NCBI GenBank assembly: GCA_963745835.1 | Contig: CAVUZH010000019.1 | Span: forward strand, 416,001-480,000 | Reading direction: 5' to 3' | Source of the DNA: an uncultured delta proteobacterium | GTDB taxonomy: Bacteria > Desulfobacterota > Binatia > UBA9968 | DNA: 64,000 nt | Part shown: one piece after another, positions 30,014-38,909 of the stretch | How positions within the stretch are numbered: position 1 is the stretch's first letter | Layout of the letters: the number at the start of each line of letters is the position of its first letter | Program-made: the position numbers and the translations under genes | Notes under the pieces: generated by a model | Databases searched by the model: none | Seen by the model: the letters and a program-made list of their open reading frames with translations, nothing else | Told to the model about the DNA's origin: nothing

Positions 30014-30715
30014 ATGGCACAATTGCTTTACCAAGATCTGGGCCGGTTGGACTTCCTCGCCGCGCTGTCATGGCAAGAACAACTCATCGAGCTAAAACAA
30101 CGGCAAGGGGTTGCCGATATTCTTCTCTTCGTCGAACATCCGCATGTCTATACGATCGGCCGTAGCGGTGACCTCAATAATGTTCTCGCCGCGCATGACG
30201 TGCCGCTGCATCGCGCTAGTCGCGGCGGCGATGTCACCTATCACGGACCTGGTCAACTGGTGGTATATCCGATTATCGGCTTGCGCTCGAAATTGCGTAA
30301 AGATGTGCATCGCTATGTCAAAAACCTCGAGATGACGGCGATCGAAACGCTCAAGAACTTCGGCCTCGAAGCCAGGCGCCGACCGCCATATACCGGCATC
30401 TGGATCGATAATCGAAAAATTGCCGCCATGGGTATCGCCGTGCGAAAGGGCATCACCTACCACGGTCTAGCGCTGAACGTGAATACGGATCTTTCCTATT
30501 TTGATCGAATTATTCCGTGCGGCCTGAGCTGGGCCGATGTAACGTCTATGGCCAAGGAACTGGGCAAAGATCCAAACGTACATAACGTAAGAGAAAATTT
30601 TCTTTGCCACTTCGCCGAGCTGTTTGGCTATACGGAAATCGAAAATATTTCTCATTTTTCAGAGTTTCAGACTGGTCAAAAAGGCGGCAGGTACGAGGCG
30701 CGCGATAATCGATGA
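30014..30715 (+). CDS. lipB: Lipoyl(octanoyl) transferase
   Basis: EHPHVYTIG, RGGDVTYHGPGQLV.YP, HGLALN, IIPCG. Confidence 0.95.
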   Translation: MAQLLYQDLGRLDFLAALSWQEQLIELKQRQGVADILLFVEHPHVYTIGRSGDLNNVLAAHDVPLHRASRGGDVTYHGPGQLVVYPIIGLRSKLRKDVHRYVKNLEMTAIETLKNFGLEARRRPPYTGIWIDNRKIAAMGIAVRKGITYHGLALNVNTDLSYFDRIIPCGLSWADVTSMAKELGKDPNVHNVRENFLCHFAELFGYTEIENISHFSEFQTGQKGGRYEARDNR

Positions 30716-30792
30716 GCGGAGGCGTACGTGTTAGTACGTTGGAGCGAATCGGGCGAGCGCAACGAAGTAGATGGTCCTTTTTCACCAGCCTG
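30668..30792. repeat. ERIC-like ~125-bp palindromic element (copy A)
   Basis: 17-bp terminal IRs 30668-84/30776-92 (15/17 match); central GGCGTAC-loop-GTACGTT hairpin; AGGC and AACG boxes. Confidence 0.7.
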
Positions 30793-30802
30793 CTAAAGTA
30801 GT

Positions 30803-31651
30803 ATGCCGCGAAGACATCCCGACTGGATCAAAGTCAAAGCCCCGGGAAGTCCCAACTACCTGCGCCTGAAACATATCCTGCGCGAAAAAAATCTTCATAC
30901 GGTTTGTGAGGAGGCGCGCTGTCCTAATATCGGTGAGTGCTGGGGCAATAAGACTGCGACGTTTCTCATCCTGGGGGACACCTGCACCCGAGGTTGCCGT
31001 TTTTGCGCCATCGATAAAGGTAAACCACTGGCACTCGATCCCGAGGAACCGCGCAATGTGGCGCTGGTCGTCAAAGATCTCGGCTTGGATCACATCGTCG
31101 TAACATCTGTTAATCGCGATGATCTTCCGGACGGCGGCGCTGGACATTTTGCCAAGACGGTTTTCTGGATTAAAGCTTTGAATCCGCAAACCCGCGTGGA
31201 ACTACTGATTCCAGATTTCGACGGCAATCTCCAGGCGCTCAAAACTGTCGTCGAATCCGGAATAGAAATTCTCAATCACAACATCGAAACCGTGCCGCGT
31301 CTTTACGGCAAAGTTCGCCCTGGGCACAGCTACGAATGCTCGTTGAATATCTTGAGTGAAGCGAAAAGATATCGCGATGACGTGCTCACGAAGTCCGGTT
31401 TAATGCTTGGGGTCGGCGAAACTCATAACGAGGTCATTGCCACGCTGGAGGAGCTGCGCGACAAAAAGGTCGACATCGTCACTCTCGGGCAATATCTGCA
31501 GCCGTCGAACCGCCAACTGAAAGTCGACCGATACGTCACGCCCGATGAATTCAACGAATTCAAAATGGCGGGGAAAAAGCTCGGGTTTCGTCATGTCGAA
31601 TCCGGCCCACTGGTGCGCAGTTCGTATCACGCGTGGAGTCACGTCGGTTAG
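30803..31651 (+). CDS. lipA: Lipoyl synthase
   Basis: CEEARCPNIGEC, CTRGCRFC, RSSY. Confidence 0.97.
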   Translation: MPRRHPDWIKVKAPGSPNYLRLKHILREKNLHTVCEEARCPNIGECWGNKTATFLILGDTCTRGCRFCAIDKGKPLALDPEEPRNVALVVKDLGLDHIVVTSVNRDDLPDGGAGHFAKTVFWIKALNPQTRVELLIPDFDGNLQALKTVVESGIEILNHNIETVPRLYGKVRPGHSYECSLNILSEAKRYRDDVLTKSGLMLGVGETHNEVIATLEELRDKKVDIVTLGQYLQPSNRQLKVDRYVTPDEFNEFKMAGKKLGFRHVESGPLVRSSYHAWSHVG

Positions 31652-31691
31652 GCGTTTCGCAATTTGCGCTTTCCCCGCCAGCGAATCGCGC

Positions 31692-31721
31692 TTGACATCC
31701 GTGACGAAGATTAGTTAGCTT
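31692..31721 (+). promoter_or_regulatory. Putative sigma70 promoter (nearly leaderless transcript)
   Basis: TTGACA-N18-TAGCTT, 11 bp before ATG 31733, which has no clear SD. Confidence 0.5.
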
Positions 31722-31732
31722 TCGCGCATCTT

Positions 31733-32917
31733 ATGTCCGGTCGCCCGTTCCTTCAAATTCCTGGTCCGAGCATTGTGCCGGAGCGTGTGGTTCGGGCTAT
31801 GTCCCAGCCGCTGATTGACCATCGCGGCCCTCAGTTTGCCGTCCTTCTGAGCGAAGTGCTCGAAGGCCTCAAAAAGCTCTTTCAAACTGCTCAAGGTAAA
31901 ATCCTCCTCTTCCCCGGCTCCGGTACGGGAGGTTGGGAGTCCTGCATCGTCAATACGCTGTCTCCCGGCGATCAAGTCCTGGGTTGTGTCAACGGCCACT
32001 TCAGCGATCTCTATTGCCGCACTGCCACAGCCCACGGAGTCAAGGTTCAGAGGTTGGAAGTCGACTACGGCGCCGGCGTCTCGGCTGGCGCGATTGAGGA
32101 ATGCCTGCGCCTAGACAAAGAGCACCAAACCAAAGCAGTCCTCTTCGTCCAAACTGAGACATCGACGGGAGTTACGAGCAGCGTTGCAGCTGTTCGCGAT
32201 GCCCTTGATCGTGTGGGCCACCCCGCCCTGCTGCTGGCCGATGTGGTTAGCTCGCTCGGATGCACGGACTTGCGCTTCGACGAATGGCGACTGGACGTCG
32301 CCCTCACTGCGGCGCAAAAAGGGCTTATGCTGCCGCCCGGCATGGCGATTCTCGCCGTCAGCGAGAAAGCGCTTCAGGCGAACCGATCGGCCAAATGTGC
32401 GCGCTCGTTTTGGGACTGGCAAGCGGTGCTAGAGAGTAACGCCAACGGCAACTTTCCATACACACCGGCGACCTCCTTACTTCTGGGCCTAAGCGAAAGT
32501 CTCAAAATGCTCTTCGAAGAGGGCCTCGAGAATGTTTTCCGCCGCCATGCACGGCTGGCCGAAGCCTGCCGCAGAGCCATTGAAGCGACAGGTCTTAGAC
32601 TCTTCGCACAGAGCGCCGCGGAATATTCCAATACGTTAACGGCCGTTCGGATGCCCGAGGGGCTCGACTCCGATGCGTTCATCGATCACACGCTGAAACT
32701 CGTCGATCTTCCCCTCGGCAAGGGGCTCGGCAAAGTAAAAGGAAAACTTTTTCGCATCGGTCATCTCGGCAGCCTCAATGAGCTTGAACTCTTGGGCATC
32801 TTGGCTGGGCTTGAAATGGCGCTGAAGAGCTTCGGTGTCAAAATCGCGCTGGGTGCCGGACTCGCAGCAGCTGAGAGATATCTTCTGGAAGACGCCGTAC
32901 GGCGATCGCCGTTATGA
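31733..32917 (+). CDS. Class V PLP aminotransferase (serine/alanine-glyoxylate aminotransferase family)
   Basis: LQIPGP, DHRGP, GSGTGGWE, ETSTG, D.VSSLG, QKGLMLPPG, FRIGHLG. Confidence 0.9.
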   Translation: MSGRPFLQIPGPSIVPERVVRAMSQPLIDHRGPQFAVLLSEVLEGLKKLFQTAQGKILLFPGSGTGGWESCIVNTLSPGDQVLGCVNGHFSDLYCRTATAHGVKVQRLEVDYGAGVSAGAIEECLRLDKEHQTKAVLFVQTETSTGVTSSVAAVRDALDRVGHPALLLADVVSSLGCTDLRFDEWRLDVALTAAQKGLMLPPGMAILAVSEKALQANRSAKCARSFWDWQAVLESNANGNFPYTPATSLLLGLSESLKMLFEEGLENVFRRHARLAEACRRAIEATGLRLFAQSAAEYSNTLTAVRMPEGLDSDAFIDHTLKLVDLPLGKGLGKVKGKLFRIGHLGSLNELELLGILAGLEMALKSFGVKIALGAGLAAAERYLLEDAVRRSPL

Positions 32918-33723
32918 AGATCGATCCGGACAAGTGCGTTGCCTGCGGGAACTGCCTACCGGTCTGTCCGATGGGGGCCATCTACATCGATCCGATGATA
33001 AACCGCGCGCGCATCAACACCGACGAGTGCGTCGAATGTTTTGCTTGCTACCGCGGCATGTCGAAAGAACACTTGAACCCCATGTTTGTGCGAGCGATTC
33101 GCAAAACGGCGCAATTCTTCCGCTTTCGCTTCGATCCGGAGCCGGACATCTGCCCAACCGATGCCATCGTTCCGGAAGAGTTGAGCTGGCCGCGGTTAGT
33201 CCGGCGGGCTTTTTCCGATCCCCAGGTACCCCACGAATCCACCGGCATTCACGGACGCGGTACGGCCGAAGTTAAGACCAACGACGTCACCGCTCGGGTG
33301 AAGGAAGGCGAAGCGGGCTTTGTCGTCGAGTTTGGCCGTCCGGGAATCGGCGCATGCTTTCGCGATATCGAACGGATCACGAAAGTTTTGGCCGAACTCG
33401 GGGTTGAATTCGAAACTAGCAATCCCGTGACGTCGCTGATGAGCGATCCCTCTCGCGGGCTCATCCGGCCGGAGATTCTAGACGAGAAGGTTTTATCCGC
33501 AATCGTGGAGATCAAGACAAGGTTGGAAGACGTGCCATTGGTCCTAAAAAGAATCAAACAGCTATCCCGCGAGCTGGCCACCGTCGTCAGCCTCGGCGTT
33601 TCGACCCGCTGCGGCGCAGCGGGTGAAGAACCGTTGCGGAAAATTTTGGAGCGGGAAGGCTATCCGACCTATCGTGGGAAAACCAATCTAGGCCTCGGCG
33701 CACGCACGGCCGCGCAAGCGTAG
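32914..33723 (+). CDS. Uncharacterised ferredoxin-domain (2x[4Fe-4S]) protein
   Basis: CVACGNCLPVCP; split CVECFAC...CPTDAI; C-terminal domain with GRGTAEVKTNDVT. Confidence 0.8.
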   Translation: MKIDPDKCVACGNCLPVCPMGAIYIDPMINRARINTDECVECFACYRGMSKEHLNPMFVRAIRKTAQFFRFRFDPEPDICPTDAIVPEELSWPRLVRRAFSDPQVPHESTGIHGRGTAEVKTNDVTARVKEGEAGFVVEFGRPGIGACFRDIERITKVLAELGVEFETSNPVTSLMSDPSRGLIRPEILDEKVLSAIVEIKTRLEDVPLVLKRIKQLSRELATVVSLGVSTRCGAAGEEPLRKILEREGYPTYRGKTNLGLGARTAAQA

Positions 33724-33728
33724 AGCAA

Positions 33729-34433
33729 ATGACGAACACGCTGCACCGCTACAGCGAACACTATGCATTTGAAAATCCGTCGAACCCGATGCCGGTTCGC
33801 GACGATTTCATCGTATTCGCGATGGCGAGCCGAGGTATCAATGATGACAATCTGATCGAAAAATACCGAGCGTTTCTACGCCTTTCATTAAAGCACAATC
33901 CCGTGAACCTCGGCGATGCCACTAAGGGCGGCGTCCTGCGCCCGCGCCGGGACCTAAACCCGAACGCGCACTGGAAGCGCGATCACCGACCCAATCCGGA
34001 TGAAGTGATTGCGGGCATCGAGGGTCACACCACGGTGGCGGCGGTCTTCGACAATTTCGAAAACATGAAGGCCTTCGTTGATGATGTCCGAAACGCGAAC
34101 CTTGGTATTTCAGTGAACATTAGCGCTCCCATCGAGGAAGCGGAGCGTTGCTGCCGCGAAACCGGAATCACCCGTCACAGTGTCGAGTACTCGTTGGGCT
34201 TTTGCGGACGAGTGGACAAGTTGCCGGACGCCACCGTGCTCGAGCTTACGACGATGTGCGGGCACGGCATGATTTCAGCGCATTTTGCGAAAAAAATGAT
34301 CGACTGGGTGAAGGAGAATCGGCGCAGCCCGGCGGCGGTGGCTTGCACAATGGCGCGCTTTTGCAGCTGCGGAGTATTCAATTTGAGCAGAGCTCAAAGC
34401 ATTCTGAACGAGGCACGTACCAAGAATCGGTAG
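33729..34433 (+). CDS. Uncharacterised Cys-motif protein, partner of the upstream Fe-S protein
   Basis: MTNTLHR N-terminus; TMCGHG and FCSCGVFN motifs; 5 bp downstream of the previous stop. Confidence 0.75.
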   Translation: MTNTLHRYSEHYAFENPSNPMPVRDDFIVFAMASRGINDDNLIEKYRAFLRLSLKHNPVNLGDATKGGVLRPRRDLNPNAHWKRDHRPNPDEVIAGIEGHTTVAAVFDNFENMKAFVDDVRNANLGISVNISAPIEEAERCCRETGITRHSVEYSLGFCGRVDKLPDATVLELTTMCGHGMISAHFAKKMIDWVKENRRSPAAVACTMARFCSCGVFNLSRAQSILNEARTKNR

Positions 34434-34471
34434 GCTTCGTCCTGCCGAAGATGGCGAAAAGGAGAAGTGAG

Positions 34472-35452
34472 ATGAAGCGGACGTTGATCACTATGCTTCT
34501 CATGACCTTGCTCAGTATTATGTGGGCTCAAGGGTCCCGGGCGCAGGCACCAACGTTGCGCTTAGGTCACGTCGGCTTTCCGGGCTCGCTCTTCGCCTTG
34601 ACGGCTGATGAATATGCGACTCGAGTCAACGGTGCGCTCAAGGGTAAATTAGAGGTCAAGGTATTTCACTCGAGCCAGCTCGGCAGCGACGAACAGATGA
34701 TGCGAGGTATCAAGGTTGGCGCGCCGGAGATGGTAGCGCCCTCAACGGTCATGAGCACCGTAGATGCGAAATTCGGCGTCTTTGAGATGCCCTATCTCAT
34801 TGTCAGCCGAGCTCACATGAAGAAGGTGGCCGAGAACAAACAGGTGCAGGACCATCTCTTCGCTGGGCTGCCGACAAAGGGAATCCGGGTGCTGGGAGTC
34901 TGGGAGAATGGCTTTCGCCATATCACAAATAATGTGCGGCCGATCATAAAGCCAGAGGATCTGAAAGGGATCAAGTTGAGAGTGCCCGGCGGAGTCTGGC
35001 GAGTAAAGATGTTTAAAGACTATGGCGCGAATCCGTCACCCATGCCGTTGGCAGAAGTTTATTCGGCACTGCAGTCCGGCGTCATGGATGCGCAGGAAAA
35101 CCCGTTCCCACAAATCGCCTCCGCTAAATTTTTTGAAGTGCAAAAATTTCTTTCATTGACCGGCCATGTCTACACACCCGCTTACCTGGTGATCGGCGAA
35201 GACGTGTGGGCCAAGCTTCCTAAAGATGTCCAGAGCACGCTGTCCAAAATTGCCTGGGACATGGGGGACTTTGCCCGCTCCGAGGGCGAGCGGCTGGATA
35301 GAGAGTTAATGGGAAAACTCGCCCCGCCGATGAAAGCTAACGACGTCGACAAAGAAGCGTTCATTAAGCGATCGGCGGCAATCTATGAAGAATTTGGTAA
35401 GGAAGTGCCCGGCGGCATCGATCTCATCAAGCTCGTCCAGTCGCTTAGGTAA
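34472..35452 (+). CDS. dctP: TRAP transporter substrate-binding protein (DctP family)
   Basis: AAGGAG SD; WENGFRH, DLKGIKLRV, EVYSALQSGVMDAQENP. Confidence 0.92.
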   Translation: MKRTLITMLLMTLLSIMWAQGSRAQAPTLRLGHVGFPGSLFALTADEYATRVNGALKGKLEVKVFHSSQLGSDEQMMRGIKVGAPEMVAPSTVMSTVDAKFGVFEMPYLIVSRAHMKKVAENKQVQDHLFAGLPTKGIRVLGVWENGFRHITNNVRPIIKPEDLKGIKLRVPGGVWRVKMFKDYGANPSPMPLAEVYSALQSGVMDAQENPFPQIASAKFFEVQKFLSLTGHVYTPAYLVIGEDVWAKLPKDVQSTLSKIAWDMGDFARSEGERLDRELMGKLAPPMKANDVDKEAFIKRSAAIYEEFGKEVPGGIDLIKLVQSLR

Positions 35453-35512
35453 CGCGGCGGCAGTTCGAATGGAATGGAGTTCATCTAAATTTGAAATTCG
35501 AGCAGAGCAACT

Positions 35513-36025
35513 ATGAGAATCCTCAACCGCTTTATTGGCCTTCTCGACTGGTGGTCGATGCTCCTGCTGGTCTTGATGGTCGTGCTGGTTTTTCTGGGGG
35601 TTTTCTTTCGTTACATCCTCGGCGCGTCTCTTGCTTGGTACGATGAGTTCGCATCCTATCTGCTGGTCTGGCTGACCTTCTACGGAGCGGTCTCGGCTTC
35701 TTACCGTGGCCGCCATATCGGATTTGACTTGGTGGTAAATCGGTTCACCCCGAGCCCCGGAAGGGCGGCCAGGGTTGTCGCCGAACTCTTCGTCTTGGGA
35801 TTCCAAGTTGTGCTTTTGTACTATGGCTGGATCCTCACGCAGAAGATGGGCAACGAGACTGCGGTTTCGCTTCCATGGATCAAAATGGCCTGGGTCTACA
35901 GCGTGCTGCCAATTGCCGGTGGGCTCATGCTCCTGATCAGTCTTGAACGCCTCGGTCATCTTCTCTTCGGCAAGGGGAATGGGAAAGGAGCTGAAGCGGC
36001 GTGGAGTGGCTCATCCTCGGAGTAA
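35513..36025 (+). CDS. dctQ: TRAP small permease
   Basis: Four TM; V.FRY, W.DE, HI..D. Confidence 0.9.
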   Translation: MRILNRFIGLLDWWSMLLLVLMVVLVFLGVFFRYILGASLAWYDEFASYLLVWLTFYGAVSASYRGRHIGFDLVVNRFTPSPGRAARVVAELFVLGFQVVLLYYGWILTQKMGNETAVSLPWIKMAWVYSVLPIAGGLMLLISLERLGHLLFGKGNGKGAEAAWSGSSSE

Positions 36026-37278
36026 TCATTTTCCTTACGGTCATTAACGTCCCGATCGCGTTCGGCCTTTCGATCACCACCATCCTATTTCTTCTCTGGA
36101 ACGGAACCGCGTCGCTCAGCGTTGTCCCCCTGAATCTTTTTTCCGGGGCGTCCAGTTTCCCGCTACTCGCGATCCCGCTCTTCATCTTGGCCGGGGGTCT
36201 GATGGAGACTTCGGGCATCTCGTTGCGGCTGGTAAACCTAGCCAATAGTTTCGTTGGGTTTATCCGCGGCGGACTTGCGATGGTTACTGTGGTGGCGACG
36301 ATGATACAGAGCGAGATCTCGGGATCATCGGTCGCTGACGCGGCTGCGATCGGAAATGTTGTTATCCCCGCCATGGAGAAGCGGGGTTACCCCAAGGCGC
36401 TGAGCGCGGCCATTGTTTCCAACGCGGCCTCGGCGGCCATTCTCATTCCCCCCTCCATCCCTATGATCATCTATGCGTGGATGGCTGAGGTGTCAGTAGC
36501 CAAGCTCTTTTTTGCCGGTTTTCTCCCGGGCTTTATCGCTTGCGCAAGCATGATGGGACTCAGCTATTATTATGCGCGCAAACTAAATTTACCGGTGGAG
36601 CAGAAGTTCTCTTTGAATGAGGTCGGAAAGTCTACTGTCCGCGCCTTCTGGGCACTCTTCATTCCGATTGTGATCTGGGGCGGGATCTTTCTCGGCATCG
36701 CCACTGCCACCGAGGTTGCAGCGCTGGCTGTAATCGCAGCCTTAATCATTGGCGCCTTACTCTACCGCGAGCTCCCGGTGCGCGAGATCATCCGCATCTT
36801 ACATGATTCAACGGGACAGACGGCCGTGGTCATGTTGATCGTGGCGTCGTCTGCCGTCCTTGGGTGGTTTTTGACCAGTGAACAGATTCCGCAGAAGTTC
36901 GCTCGGATGATGCTTGAGACGACGTCAAATAAATACCTGATCCTGTTCTTTTTGAACATCTTTTTCTTCGTTGCCGGGATGTTTCTCCACTCGGCGGCGG
37001 CGATTATTCTGATTGTTCCGATCGTGATGCCGCTGATTCGCCAAATCGGCGTCGATCCGATCCATTTCGGTATTATCGTAACGATCAATCTCGGCGTCGG
37101 TCAGCAAACCCCGCCCGTTGCCACTGTCCTGTTTACCACAGCGGCGATCGCGCGCTTGCCCTTCTGGGAAGTCTTCAAAGCGGGTTGGCCGTTCACGCTC
37201 GTTCTCGCGTTTGTTACTCTGCTCGTCACCTATGTTCCGTGGATCAGCCTCGGCTTAGTCAACCTGGTTGACTGGTAG
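36001..37278 (+). CDS. dctM: TRAP large permease
   Basis: FPLLAIPLFILAG, ISGSSVADAAA, IPPSIPMIIY, DPIHFG, TPPV. Confidence 0.93.
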   Translation: MEWLILGVIIFLTVINVPIAFGLSITTILFLLWNGTASLSVVPLNLFSGASSFPLLAIPLFILAGGLMETSGISLRLVNLANSFVGFIRGGLAMVTVVATMIQSEISGSSVADAAAIGNVVIPAMEKRGYPKALSAAIVSNAASAAILIPPSIPMIIYAWMAEVSVAKLFFAGFLPGFIACASMMGLSYYYARKLNLPVEQKFSLNEVGKSTVRAFWALFIPIVIWGGIFLGIATATEVAALAVIAALIIGALLYRELPVREIIRILHDSTGQTAVVMLIVASSAVLGWFLTSEQIPQKFARMMLETTSNKYLILFFLNIFFFVAGMFLHSAAAIILIVPIVMPLIRQIGVDPIHFGIIVTINLGVGQQTPPVATVLFTTAAIARLPFWEVFKAGWPFTLVLAFVTLLVTYVPWISLGLVNLVDW

Positions 37279-37421
37279 GCTGCCAGCTTTGGGTTATCGA
37301 ATTCAATTGCGCCTTTCTCACTTCGGATGAACTTGGCTCCGAGGATTTGGTGCCATCGTAACTAGTCGAGCGAAGTACCCATTCGCAACGCCTTTTTTCC
37401 TTGACGCAATAGATTAGTTGC

Positions 37422-38762
37422 TTAAGACGTGGCAACTTTCGTGGCCAGCCACTGCGCCGTCCGCAGGAGCCGCGCATCGCCGTAGCGCGGACCGACGAGT
37501 TGAACAGCAAGAGGGAGACCGTTAGCGCTTTGCAAGAGCGGCAGGCTGATGGCAGGCATGCCGCATAATGTCCACAAGGTACAGAAGGATGGATCGCCGG
37601 TGGCCGTGAGTCCTTTCGGAGCCGGGCCCGGGGCGGCTGGTGTCAAAATCGCATCGTAACGCTGCTGGAACAGTTCGAGAAAACTTTCGTGAATGGGAGC
37701 GATTCTGGCCAGCGCTCGTTGGTAATCGAATGCCGTCACTTGCTGTCCCTGCTCGATCTGTTTCCGCAGTCTTTCCGAGAGCTGTGGGCTCGCTATCGTG
37801 TATTCATGTTCCAAGTTTAGCGACATTTCGGCGCTCATAATGATCTGGTGTAATTCCCACGCCTCGATGGCTGAGGGAAACAGTTCGACCTCTTCCACCT
37901 GCCCATCCAAATGCGCGGCCAATTCAGCAAAGCCTTCCTTGGTATCACTGTCGGCGCGCTCCCACATCGGGGTTTTCACCAGCGCGAACATCGGCGCGAG
38001 TGGCGGCTCTTGGCGCGTAACCGTCTGGAAAGGAATACTCGCGCGCGGCCGTGTGTCGGGATCGGCTTCGTCGTAGCCGACGAGCTGTTCGCAGAGCAAT
38101 GCAATGTCGTCGACAGTGCGCGCGAATAGCCCAACGTGATCAAGCGTGCGCGACAAGGGCGATACACGATGGCGCGAAATAAGCCCGTGGGTCGGCTTGA
38201 AACCAACGATGCCGCAATACGCAGCCGGGCGAATCGTGGAGCCGTTGGTCTGGCTGCCGAGCGCGAGAGGAACCATGCTTGAGCCCACGGCCGCGGCAGA
38301 TCCACTGGAAGAACCGCCGGGGGTATGCTCCGGGTTATGCGGGTTGCGCGTCTTTCCGGGCGAGAAGTAAGCGAATTCCGTGGTAACGGTTTTGCCCATG
38401 ATCACGGCACCGGTTGCACGCAACCGTGATACGGCCGCGGCATCGCGCGACGGTGTGCGTCCGGCGTGAATCACTGAGCCATTTTCAGTCGGCATGTCGG
38501 CGGTATCGAAAATATCTTTGATGCCGACAGGAATGCCGTGCAGCGCGCCGATTGCCTGGCCCGATAAACGCAACTGATCCAGAGCACGCGCTTGCGCCAG
38601 CGCATAGTCGGGGTCGAGAAAGGTCCAGGCCTCGACTTGCGGGTCCACTTCGCGTATGCGCGCTAGACAAGCCTCGACCAGCTGTTCCGAGCTGATGATG
38701 CCATCACGGATTAATCGGGCAGCCTCCGAAGCCGAGAGCAAGTGAAGGTCGGTTAGTTCCAT
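37422..38762 (-). CDS. Amidase-signature family enzyme
   Basis: GIKD, GKTVTTEFA, PGGSSSGSAAAV, LGSQT.GS.IRPAAYCG. Confidence 0.92.
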   Translation of the reverse strand: MELTDLHLLSASEAARLIRDGIISSEQLVEACLARIREVDPQVEAWTFLDPDYALAQARALDQLRLSGQAIGALHGIPVGIKDIFDTADMPTENGSVIHAGRTPSRDAAAVSRLRATGAVIMGKTVTTEFAYFSPGKTRNPHNPEHTPGGSSSGSAAAVGSSMVPLALGSQTNGSTIRPAAYCGIVGFKPTHGLISRHRVSPLSRTLDHVGLFARTVDDIALLCEQLVGYDEADPDTRPRASIPFQTVTRQEPPLAPMFALVKTPMWERADSDTKEGFAELAAHLDGQVEEVELFPSAIEAWELHQIIMSAEMSLNLEHEYTIASPQLSERLRKQIEQGQQVTAFDYQRALARIAPIHESFLELFQQRYDAILTPAAPGPAPKGLTATGDPSFCTLWTLCGMPAISLPLLQSANGLPLAVQLVGPRYGDARLLRTAQWLATKVATS

Positions 38763-38781
38763 CCTATATTTCTTAGCGATC

Positions 38782-38909
38782 GTGCAGGTACAAATGACGA
38801 GCCAGACAAGGCCCGAGGAAGAAGCCGACCGGAAGCGTACAGGGCTAGTACGCTGAGGATCGGCGACGACCGAGAACGCCGTATGGCGAAGTCAGTTGCA
38901 CCTGCACTA
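38782..38909. repeat. ERIC-like ~126-bp palindromic element (copy B)
   Basis: 17-bp terminal IRs 38782-98/38891-907 (15/17 match); central GCGTAC-AGGGCTA-GTACGC; AAGGC and AACGC boxes. Confidence 0.7.
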
